Source of the DNA: Clostridia bacterium
GTDB lineage: Bacteria; Bacillota; Clostridia; Oscillospirales; CAG-272
Direction of reading: 5' to 3'
Length of the DNA stretch: 64,000 bases
Assembly: GCA_017533565.1 (NCBI GenBank)
Contig: JAFXHU010000008.1
Location: 5,924-69,923, forward strand
In this document: positions 8,099 through 15,598 of the stretch, one piece after another
Numbering within the stretch: position 1 is the stretch's first letter
Layout of the letters: each line of letters opens with the position of its first letter
Program-made: the position numbers and the translations under genes
Notes under the pieces: model-generated
Database searches by the model: none
Told to the model about the DNA's origin: nothing
What the model saw: only the letters and a program-made list of their open reading frames with translations

Positions 8099-8101
8099 CT
8101 A

Positions 8102-8130
8102 TTGACATTACAGAAAGGGTTTGATATAAT
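8102..8130 (+). promoter_or_regulatory. Consensus sigma-70-type promoter TTGACA-N17-TATAAT with TGA extended -10 (moron 1)
   Basis: TTGACA 8102-8107; TGA 8122-8124; TATAAT 8125-8130. Caveat: the first ATG of the downstream ORF (8132) lies upstream of the predicted TSS (about 8137). Confidence 0.45.
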
Positions 8131-8131
8131 T

Positions 8132-9070
8132 ATGGCAGAGAGAAATAAATTTACAACCGATGATGAAAAAGGTAAGGGCGGCGGCGGAAACAGAAATGCA
8201 ATTGCGTATGGGCTTTTGCAGGGGGCAGGATATAACACCTACGGAATGTCTCCGGCGGAGGCATGGGATTTAGTATCACAGCTGAATCTTATGGAGAGTA
8301 AGAGGTGGAAACGCACAGATGAGGATAAGGAAAAAATAAAAAGAAAAAACGAAGAATTGAAGCGAAAGGGATATGACACAAACTCTTTAGAGGCGGTTGC
8401 TAAAGCAAATGCCAAAAAGATTAATCTCTCAGGTGTCAAAAATGAAGCCGCTTTGAAAGAAGCTGTCGACACGATAGATAAAATACGCAATGAGTATAAT
8501 CTTAAACAACTTGAGGTTATTCGAATAAAACGGCTATCTAATGGAACAATGGCTTCGGCAAACGAAATGACGGTTAATATAGGCGATAAACTTGCACGAA
8601 ATCCGCACGCTGCATACAGAATTTGTGTTACAGATTTCAAATCAAATCTTGAAGCGACAATAGCAGATGCCGAATTCATTGCAGCCAACGCAACAAACGC
8701 TCGGACTCAGTTAAGAGCACAAAAAACGCTTGACAACCTTAAAGAAATGTCTAAATATTCGCGACATAATGTTGTTTACGAGGGACAAGAAATGGAGAGC
8801 GTTATAACTCACGAAATGGCACATGTTATTGCCGGCCAGAATTTTGGATTTAGCACTGGATTTGGTAATACCAGCCAAGCGCTTGCAGAGATAAGTGCGG
8901 TTTATAACGAGAGCAAAACAAACGGTGACATTTACAGAATATCTGTATATGCCGCCGAGGATGTTGACGAATTTTGGGCGGAAGCTTTTACAATGTATAA
9001 GATGGGCAAAGAGGAAATGCCCCCGAAAATCAAATCTATGGTAGAAGGAGTATTGAAAAAGTATGTCTAA
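8132..9070 (+). CDS. Anthrax-lethal-factor/M34-like zinc metalloprotease domain protein (cytoplasmic or virion cargo; no signal peptide)
   Basis: HEMAH (aa 227-231; nt 8810-8824), followed about 45-50 aa later by SVYAAEDVDEFWAEAF. Compare LF: HEFGH ... SYGRTNEAEFFAEAF. The N-terminal half is K/E-rich and helical. The region is visibly lower in GC than its flanks. Confidence 0.7.
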   Translation: MAERNKFTTDDEKGKGGGGNRNAIAYGLLQGAGYNTYGMSPAEAWDLVSQLNLMESKRWKRTDEDKEKIKRKNEELKRKGYDTNSLEAVAKANAKKINLSGVKNEAALKEAVDTIDKIRNEYNLKQLEVIRIKRLSNGTMASANEMTVNIGDKLARNPHAAYRICVTDFKSNLEATIADAEFIAANATNARTQLRAQKTLDNLKEMSKYSRHNVVYEGQEMESVITHEMAHVIAGQNFGFSTGFGNTSQALAEISAVYNESKTNGDIYRISVYAAEDVDEFWAEAFTMYKMGKEEMPPKIKSMVEGVLKKYV

Positions 9071-9251
9071 ACACAAAGAGGATGATTATTTCTTTGGAGA
9101 AGGTGGCTTGATTGCAGCCTTCGGAAAAGAAATGGTTGAAAAAATCAAGAAAGAAAATCCCGAAATGTATGCAAGGCTCCGCAACTCGCCTTGTTTTATG
9201 CCGTCAGATGTAGCAAGAGATGCAGACGATCTGATAGAAACGGATGACTAG
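9063..9251 (+). CDS. Small acidic protein translationally coupled to the zincin
   Basis: ATG 9063 overlaps the zincin stop by 8 nt. 62 aa with an acidic C-terminus (DADDLIETDD). Confidence 0.5.
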   Translation: MSKHKEDDYFFGEGGLIAAFGKEMVEKIKKENPEMYARLRNSPCFMPSDVARDADDLIETDD

Positions 9252-9267
9252 TAACAACTAAACAGGC

Positions 9268-9302
9268 AAAGCACTCTGTTACGGCAGGGTGCTTTTCTTT
9301 TT
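9268..9302 (+). terminator. Intrinsic terminator closing moron 1
   Basis: AAAGCACTCTG pairs with CAGGGTGCTTT (one G-U pair), followed by TTTTCTTTTT. It abuts the tRNA 5' end. Confidence 0.6.
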
Positions 9303-9374
9303 GCTGGTGTGGCTCAATGGAAGAGCACCTGACTTGTAATCAGGCAGTTGTGGGTTCGACTCCCTCCACCAGCC
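9303..9374 (+). tRNA. Phage-encoded tRNA-Thr (anticodon UGU)
   Basis: Manual cloverleaf: acceptor GCTGGTG/CACCAGC; D stem GCTC/GAGC; anticodon stem CCTGA/TCAGG with loop CTTGTAA (anticodon TGT); T arm GTGGG-TTCGACT-CCCTC with one U-U mismatch. CCA is not encoded. Confidence 0.8.
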
Positions 9375-9396
9375 CCAACACAAAAGGAGAGAGATT

Positions 9397-9843
9397 ATGG
9401 CAGCACTTACCTATGATGAAAAGATCGCTATTGCAGAGCTTGCCGCACAAGGTCTCTCCGCTTATGCGATCTTCAAAAAACTCGGCATTCCGAAAGACCG
9501 TGTATATCGAGCATTGAAGAATGACGATGAATTGCGAAGTTTAGTCGCAGATTTCGCAACGGACTGCGAAGAGAATAAAAAAAACGCCGCAGAGAACGCT
9601 AAAACGGCGTTGAGGAACTTATACCTTACAAGGGGTCAAGAGCTTGTAGACAAGATATATAAGCTTGTGAATGTATCAGAGGAATTGATAGAGTCGTCCT
9701 CCCTCCGTGACCGAATGGGAGCAGCAAAGCTGATGCTTGAAATGGTTGAGAATATTGCCAACGTAGCAGACGAGGCTCAGGTTGACGATGAATGCGCGGC
9801 GAACATTGAGATAATCGTGGAGGATGCAAGCGGCGGTGAGTAG
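9397..9843 (+). CDS. Terminase small subunit (HTH type)
   Basis: RBS AAAGGAGAGAG. N-terminal HTH-like IAIAELAAQGLSAYAIFKKLGIPKDRVYRAL. Lies directly upstream of terL; acidic C-terminus. Confidence 0.65.
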   Translation: MAALTYDEKIAIAELAAQGLSAYAIFKKLGIPKDRVYRALKNDDELRSLVADFATDCEENKKNAAENAKTALRNLYLTRGQELVDKIYKLVNVSEELIESSSLRDRMGAAKLMLEMVENIANVADEAQVDDECAANIEIIVEDASGGE

Positions 9844-11218
9844 TATTCAAATGCGGCTTGTGAAGCCTTACGACAAGATTCTCACGACTGACAAGACCAC
9901 CTGCATTATGTATTCGCCGCGTATCTCGGGAAAATCCCACGCTCTGGCTCAGATTGTCTATATCTATGCCAACAAATACCCCGATCACGATATAGTGGTG
10001 ACAAGAGCGAATTACAACTCCCTTGAAGATTCATTATACAACGAAATCCTTGCAACGGCTGACGAGCTCGGAATACAGGGGTTTTACAACGGTTTACGCT
10101 CTCCCCTTCGTATCAAGACACGTAAAGGCAACACGATATACTTTAAAGGCATCGGCGGCGCGGACTACTCGCGCTCAAAAGGCTTTAAGGGGAAGAAACC
10201 CATTTCCCTTATCATTTGCGACGAAACACAGCAGCTCAAAGATGAGCAGTCGCTTCGTCAGGCGGTAGCGACGTTTATCAGAAGCGTTGATGCGGAGATT
10301 AACAGTCGCGTTATTCTCGCAGGAAACCCCGAAATGGTTAAAGCGCACTGGTGGAACGCCTATTGTCGCAAGTACCGTTACGCCGGGGTTTACGAGTTTA
10401 TAGACGCAAATTATCACTGCGTTTGGAAATATCTATCCTCGGTAACTCGTGAAGAAATAGAGAACGAGCGGAAATACAATCCGCTTATGTATAAGTTTCT
10501 ATACCTCGGGGAGCTTGACGAGCTCGCAGGCGGAGCTTACGGACAATTCAAGCGCGACAGGCATTATATCCCCGAGGCGGACTTTTACAAAGAGGTTCGC
10601 GGCGAGCAGCTCTGTTATATCATTTGGGGCGGTGACGGCGCTATAACGCACGACAGCACGGGAATAACTCCGATAGGCGTGTTTTCAAATGGGCGTGCAT
10701 ACGTTCTTGAACGCTTTTACTACAACCCCCTTGAAACGGGAATAGTTCTCGCTCCCTCGCAGCTTACCGAGCTGATACTTGATTACGTCGAGTATATGGT
10801 TAAGAGGTATAATATTATTCGCGACGGTATCGGTTCGGTATTCTATATCGACGGTGCGGCGGCTGACCTAATAACACAGCTTCGCTATTCGATAGACAGT
10901 TACCACACAGTGCGAGGCTTCACTCGAAAGAACATAATAAATAACAATTCCGTCGTTAACAACTGTTTTGCGAAGAATATGCTCAAAATAGTTGATTACG
11001 GCGGTTATTTTGATTATAACAAGCGGCAATGGGTAGCGACCAGCGCAGACACGGAGCCGCTTATATATCAGCTGGAATCGGTGACTTGGAAGAACTACAA
11101 GCTCGATCCGGCAATTCCTAACGACTATACCGACGCGCTTACCTACGGGGTTAATGCGTATTTTGAAAACCCCGATAACTTATATCTACCCGAAAGGAAA
11201 GGAGTCTATGATGACTAA
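9824..11218 (+). CDS. Terminase large subunit
   Basis: Walker-A-like SPRISGKSHA and Walker-B-like SLIICDE. Size and position are typical. In-frame ATG 9851 is an alternative start. Confidence 0.85.
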   Translation: MQAAVSSIQMRLVKPYDKILTTDKTTCIMYSPRISGKSHALAQIVYIYANKYPDHDIVVTRANYNSLEDSLYNEILATADELGIQGFYNGLRSPLRIKTRKGNTIYFKGIGGADYSRSKGFKGKKPISLIICDETQQLKDEQSLRQAVATFIRSVDAEINSRVILAGNPEMVKAHWWNAYCRKYRYAGVYEFIDANYHCVWKYLSSVTREEIENERKYNPLMYKFLYLGELDELAGGAYGQFKRDRHYIPEADFYKEVRGEQLCYIIWGGDGAITHDSTGITPIGVFSNGRAYVLERFYYNPLETGIVLAPSQLTELILDYVEYMVKRYNIIRDGIGSVFYIDGAAADLITQLRYSIDSYHTVRGFTRKNIINNNSVVNNCFAKNMLKIVDYGGYFDYNKRQWVATSADTEPLIYQLESVTWKNYKLDPAIPNDYTDALTYGVNAYFENPDNLYLPERKGVYDD

Positions 11219-11537
11219 CACGGAAATAACGGAAAAGGCACTTAACGAGGATATAGACCTCACACGCGAGGCGTATGCAGAAAAGAAGGCTAAGGCAGAC
11301 GAAATCACTGCCGCTCACGGTGTCGAGGGCGAGGCGCCGATTTCCGAGGAGGAGCGCGAGCGCAGAATGAGAATGAACTACTACGGCTCGGCGATTAACG
11401 TCGGGATGGCTATTCTTGCCGCTCTCGACGATATTGCTCACCGTATTACTACCCTCAATAACAATATCGTAAACTTGGCAGGAGGCGGTGTATCAGATGA
11501 TGAACGAAGCACTAACAACCCCGATTCAGGCGACTAA
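11208..11537 (+). CDS. Hypothetical acidic phage protein
   Basis: ATG after AAAGGAG. Lies between terL and portal. Confidence 0.5.
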   Translation: MMTNTEITEKALNEDIDLTREAYAEKKAKADEITAAHGVEGEAPISEEERERRMRMNYYGSAINVGMAILAALDDIAHRITTLNNNIVNLAGGGVSDDERSTNNPDSGD

Positions 11538-13191
11538 TCACCTTAACCGCGTAAGCGCGGCTATGGCTGCCAACCAAAAAATGTGGCAGATGACGAGCAA
11601 CGAGAGATTCTACTCGATGCTCCCGGCGCCGTATATAATGTTTTATCAGAACTGGGTTAAGCAGTGGCTGTATTGGTACGACGGATACGTTCCATACGTG
11701 CACGGCGGATCTGCCGGACTTCTCTCGACCTCTATCGGTACAACACTTGTAAACCGCTGTAACGATCAGGTGTTTGGCGGCAACATAATGTTTGCTAACG
11801 CGAGAAAGCCGAAGTTGACGAAGAAAAACGAGCAAGGTAAAACTATCGGCGCTGCACTCGATTTTATTTCAAACGATTGGATTAAGCGTGTGAACGGAAA
11901 GACCGTTCTTAAAAAGTGCGGTAAAGATGCTCTCGGTGGCGGCTTTTCTATTTTGAAGCTTAACAAGCGCGGTGGTGAACTGTGGCTTGACGAGCTTCGC
12001 GCTGACCGTTTTTATCTCGACAAGGTGGGCGACGATATACGCAAGTGCGTTTGTGTGCTCTCGTTCTATGAAGGCATAGCGGAGCAAAAGGAAGATAGAT
12101 ACGCGCTTATCGAGGAAAGACGATACGCAAGTGTCGGCATTCTCGGCGAGGAATTTCCCGTCGTCGAATACAAAATGTACAAAACAAGCGTGCCTATTCA
12201 GTATTTTACGGGCGTTCAGGATAACTGTATCAGATGGGAACAGCTCCCGAAGCACGTGCGCGCCGCCTTCAAAGAGCAGTACGGCGCTAATATGCGCTTA
12301 AATGAGCCGAAGGCGCTAAACGGCTTCACGGACCTCGGTGTATATCTTATGCTCGCATCAGACGGTGTTTCCGCCGTTCCGCAGATCAACCTCGGCGAGA
12401 GCCTTCTCGCTAACATTACAACATACCTATACGAATACGACTTCTACAACACGTGCTTTAATACCGATATGTACCTTGCGAGAGGTCGCGTACTGGTGCC
12501 CAAGCCTATGCAGTCACCCGTAGGGCGTGGCGGCGATCCTCGCTTGCCGAATATGCAGCCCTCGGGACTTGACGAGTTTATGTATACGAAGTACGAGGCG
12601 CTTAATAACGATGCGAATAAGCCCGAGGCGATACAGTTCGCGCTTCGTTCAGCAGAGTGGAGAGAGGCGAGGAATATTCTTATTGAAAGTATGGCTACGG
12701 GAATAGGTATGTCCGTTTCTACGCTTGCATCTTACATCTCCGACGGCTCGAACAGGACCGCGCGAGAGGTCAGCGCAGAGGAAAGCGCAACAACCCTTTT
12801 CGTTGAGAATATGAGGCGTAGATTCGAGGTGCCTATAAATCAGATGCTCCGTGCCGTTCTCCGCTTCTACGGCTACGCCGACGACGTAGAGATAAGATGG
12901 ACAAGAGCGGGAATGACTAACCAAACCGTGCTTGTTGAAACGCTCGCAAGAGCGAAGGATGCAGGTCTTATCTCCGGAAAGAAAGCGCACCACGCCTTTA
13001 ACTTCGACGATGACGAGGAGCAGAACGAGGAGGACTACGCTCTCGTGCTTGAAGAGCAGGAGAAGGCAAGAAATCAATTTCCGGATATGCCATACGGCGA
13101 TACCGAGGGTGCCTTTAAATTTGACGTAAGGGACGGTGGCACGGATGCAGAAACGAACACAGACACCGAAGGCAATACCGGACCGGCTTAA
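11497..13191 (+). CDS. Portal protein (by size and position)
   Basis: About 565 aa, immediately after terL and before the MuF-like gene. Acidic C-terminal tail. ATG 11497 is 11 nt after GGAGG. No specific motif recalled. Confidence 0.65.
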   Translation: MMNEALTTPIQATNHLNRVSAAMAANQKMWQMTSNERFYSMLPAPYIMFYQNWVKQWLYWYDGYVPYVHGGSAGLLSTSIGTTLVNRCNDQVFGGNIMFANARKPKLTKKNEQGKTIGAALDFISNDWIKRVNGKTVLKKCGKDALGGGFSILKLNKRGGELWLDELRADRFYLDKVGDDIRKCVCVLSFYEGIAEQKEDRYALIEERRYASVGILGEEFPVVEYKMYKTSVPIQYFTGVQDNCIRWEQLPKHVRAAFKEQYGANMRLNEPKALNGFTDLGVYLMLASDGVSAVPQINLGESLLANITTYLYEYDFYNTCFNTDMYLARGRVLVPKPMQSPVGRGGDPRLPNMQPSGLDEFMYTKYEALNNDANKPEAIQFALRSAEWREARNILIESMATGIGMSVSTLASYISDGSNRTAREVSAEESATTLFVENMRRRFEVPINQMLRAVLRFYGYADDVEIRWTRAGMTNQTVLVETLARAKDAGLISGKKAHHAFNFDDDEEQNEEDYALVLEEQEKARNQFPDMPYGDTEGAFKFDVRDGGTDAETNTDTEGNTGPA

Positions 13192-14245
13192 CCGTCAGGC
13201 GCTTGCCGTTGAGGAAGCACAAGGGCTTATCCGTCTTGCCGTCAAGGATGCTCTTTTGTACGGTTGGCTTAAATCAGAGCTTGACAAAAAGGTGCTTCGG
13301 ATTATAAACGAAGCTTTAGCGCATATAACGATACCCTCGTTAAAATCAGCGGCGTACAGGTCTTTAACAGCTTTTTACATAAGACAAAGGCAGCTTTCGG
13401 CGGAGATACCGCAAAGGCGGCTTTTTCTTTTTCTTTGCCTTTTAAAGCTCGGAGAAAGGAATTTACCCGCTGAAAAGCATTCGCCTTACACCGCTAAAAT
13501 TTCGCTTTCTACGGCACGAAAGACAATTACCGAGGCAATACCCGACTACATACTTCCTCGCGACGACAGCGTGGACTCTCTCGGCTTGTGGGCGCGAAAG
13601 TATCACGAGGACTACTACAAGGAAAATATTTTACCGACCTTTAACCGAATGGCAAGCGAGGAGGCTCTCGACCCCGACAGCGAAAGCTATTGGGGAAAAA
13701 AGTCAACGCTCCGCAACCGCGCGGAAAGAGAAGTAAGGCATCAGGGACACGTTGACGCTCTTGCTGATTTTAAAAAACGCGGTGTACGGCTCGTAATTGT
13801 GTCGGCACATTCCGACTGCTCGGAAAGATGTTGGCAGTGGCAGGGGCGCGTTTATTCGCTTGACGGTACGTCGGGAGTGACCTCCGACGGACGTCGTTAC
13901 GTTCCGATTGAAAACGCAACTGACAATTGGGATAAAAACCACAAATGGAAAAACGGGCTTTTCGGCTTCAATTGCCGCCATTATATGGTGGAATACAAGG
14001 ACGGTTACGCTTTTCCTATGGCTTCGCGTGCCAAAGAGGAACGCGAGTACAAAATCACGCAAAAGCAACGGTATATGGAAAGACAGGTTAGACATTGGCG
14101 CACCGAGGCGGAAATGGCAAAGGATGTTAACCCCAAACGGTATAAATATGCGAAATGCAAAGCGAAATCCCATAATGAACGGTATATCAAATACTCGCGC
14201 GAGAACAACCGCCCGTATTACGTTACGAGAACAAAAATTATTTGA
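13136..14245 (+). CDS. Head morphogenesis / minor capsid protein (Mu F / SPP1 gp7-like)
   Basis: Position after the portal gene. FGFNCRHYMVEY resembles the conserved N/H-CRC-type segment of MuF-family proteins. Start uncertain (GTG 13136 or ATG 13145). Confidence 0.6.
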   Translation: MARMQKRTQTPKAIPDRLNRQALAVEEAQGLIRLAVKDALLYGWLKSELDKKVLRIINEALAHITIPSLKSAAYRSLTAFYIRQRQLSAEIPQRRLFLFLCLLKLGERNLPAEKHSPYTAKISLSTARKTITEAIPDYILPRDDSVDSLGLWARKYHEDYYKENILPTFNRMASEEALDPDSESYWGKKSTLRNRAEREVRHQGHVDALADFKKRGVRLVIVSAHSDCSERCWQWQGRVYSLDGTSGVTSDGRRYVPIENATDNWDKNHKWKNGLFGFNCRHYMVEYKDGYAFPMASRAKEEREYKITQKQRYMERQVRHWRTEAEMAKDVNPKRYKYAKCKAKSHNERYIKYSRENNRPYYVTRTKII

Positions 14246-14270
14246 CAAAATCAAAGGAATATGATAATAT
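14242..14270 (+). promoter_or_regulatory. Promoter-like TTGACA-N17-TAATAT with TGA extended -10 (moron 2)
   Basis: TTGACA 14242-14247 contains the MuF stop TGA (14243-14245). TGA 14262-14264; TAATAT 14265-14270. Caveat: the ATG at 14269 overlaps the -10. Confidence 0.4.
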
Positions 14271-14589
14271 GAAATGGGACGAATCAAAACACCCACGAGA
14301 TAAAGAAGGCAAATTTGCAAATAACAGCGTTACTCCGTACAATTCTAAAAACGTTAAATTTGATGCATCAAAAGTTACCAAAAAAGAATGGAGAGAATGG
14401 TACGATAGAATTGGAGATATAAAGCGTGGTATGTGGTGTCCGAAGGATGACAACGGATATTTGATACAAATAAACAATAAAATTTTTGTTACCGGCGGAA
14501 CATACACATATCCAATACTTCATAACGTCATAGAGTTTGAGGATGAAGAAACAACACTTGCCTTCATAGAAAGGATATTGAAATGGTAA
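14269..14589 (+). CDS. Hypothetical protein with N-terminal ESKHPRDKEGKF motif
   Basis: ATG 14269, 10 nt after AAAGGA. Visibly AT-rich. The KHPRD..GKF motif is one I recall from linker/N-terminal segments of MuF-associated phage cargo proteins. Confidence 0.55.
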   Translation: MKWDESKHPRDKEGKFANNSVTPYNSKNVKFDASKVTKKEWREWYDRIGDIKRGMWCPKDDNGYLIQINNKIFVTGGTYTYPILHNVIEFEDEETTLAFIERILKW

Positions 14590-14816
14590 GCGAAAAACTG
14601 ACCTCTTTAATGGATGAATTTATATCTATTTGCAAAGAACGTGGTTTTCATAAGGAAACTGCATCCGCACTTGGAATTATAGCCGGAAGCAAAAACGCTA
14701 AAGAAGTTTTTGGAGATACAACAAAATCCTTTGAGGCTCTTGTAGAGCTTGCAAAAACCTGTAAGGATGAGCAAGAATTAACAAACACCTTTTGCAAAAT
14801 GGCTGTATTTAACTAA
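14583..14816 (+). CDS. Small helical protein translationally coupled to the KHPRD-motif protein
   Basis: ATG 14583 overlaps the upstream TAA (ATGGTAA). 77 aa, AT-rich. Confidence 0.55.
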   Translation: MVSEKLTSLMDEFISICKERGFHKETASALGIIAGSKNAKEVFGDTTKSFEALVELAKTCKDEQELTNTFCKMAVFN

Positions 14817-15027
14817 TACGTAATTATTCTAAAGCACTTTTTACGACCCACAGGGCAACGTAGAGGGTGCTTTTCTATATTCCCACGGCGTATGTGGGTA
14901 AGCGCAGCACCAAGCGACACCAAGACGGGAGAAAGCCCACAGGGTAAGTATCTCGCTCAGCGGTTAGCAGTGGTGTTTTTTATTTGTTGCAACAACACCA
15001 AATCAAAAAGAAAGGAAACACAGCACA

Positions 15028-15570
15028 ATGGCACTTTTCGGAAAGAAAAAGCGCACCCTCGACGAAATTCTTGAAGACGTTAAAGGCCTCACCCCCGAGG
15101 AAGTGAAGGAGCTTCACGAAAAGACAAGCGACCTTTACAAAGCGGAGGACGAGCGCGAGATCGACAAGATCGAGGAAGAAAAAGCCGACAGTGACGCGGC
15201 AAAAGACGAGAAATCCGAGGAAGTCTCCGAGGAGAGCGAGGCAATTGGCAAGGACGTTGACGAAATCAAGGACGAGGTTAAAGCCGACGAAGCGGGGGAG
15301 CCTACGCCCGAGACCGACGAGCCCGTAGCGGAGCCCGAGGCTGATCCCGTCGAAAAGAACAACGTCGAGGAGATGGTTAAGACACTCACCGACCGCGTTA
15401 CCGCACTTGAAGGCACTATCTCCGAGCTTTCGGCATTGAAGGAGAAAATGGACGAGTACGTCAACAAGGAGAAGGACTCCTTCGGTTACAAGAGCGAGGG
15501 CGGCGGCGCGCGTAAGAACTACGACGATATGTCAGCAGACGAGCTCAAAAATCACCTTCTCAACAATTAA
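15028..15570 (+). CDS. Scaffolding protein
   Basis: Highly acidic, coiled-coil 180-aa protein immediately upstream of the capsid gene. Confidence 0.65.
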   Translation: MALFGKKKRTLDEILEDVKGLTPEEVKELHEKTSDLYKAEDEREIDKIEEEKADSDAAKDEKSEEVSEESEAIGKDVDEIKDEVKADEAGEPTPETDEPVAEPEADPVEKNNVEEMVKTLTDRVTALEGTISELSALKEKMDEYVNKEKDSFGYKSEGGGARKNYDDMSADELKNHLLNN

Positions 15571-15598
15571 AAAACTCACATAGAAAGGACTTAAAAGT

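Noticed and set aside
9317-9517. 66-aa + strand ORF overlapping the tRNA-Thr and the terS start.
   Set aside because: It is made of tRNA sequence plus an alternative frame of terS and has no RBS. The tRNA cloverleaf and the terS frame explain the region.
13703-14320. 205-aa minus-strand ORF antisense to the MuF-like gene. Similar ORFs lie at 22465-23100 and 24675-25400, antisense to tail genes.
   Set aside because: They are embedded in well-supported + strand structural genes of a unidirectional operon and have no RBS or recognisable motifs.
14892-15074. 60-aa ORF in the gap upstream of the scaffold gene.
   Set aside because: It has no RBS, overlaps the well-supported scaffold start, and consists of the repeat/hairpin sequence described in the findings.
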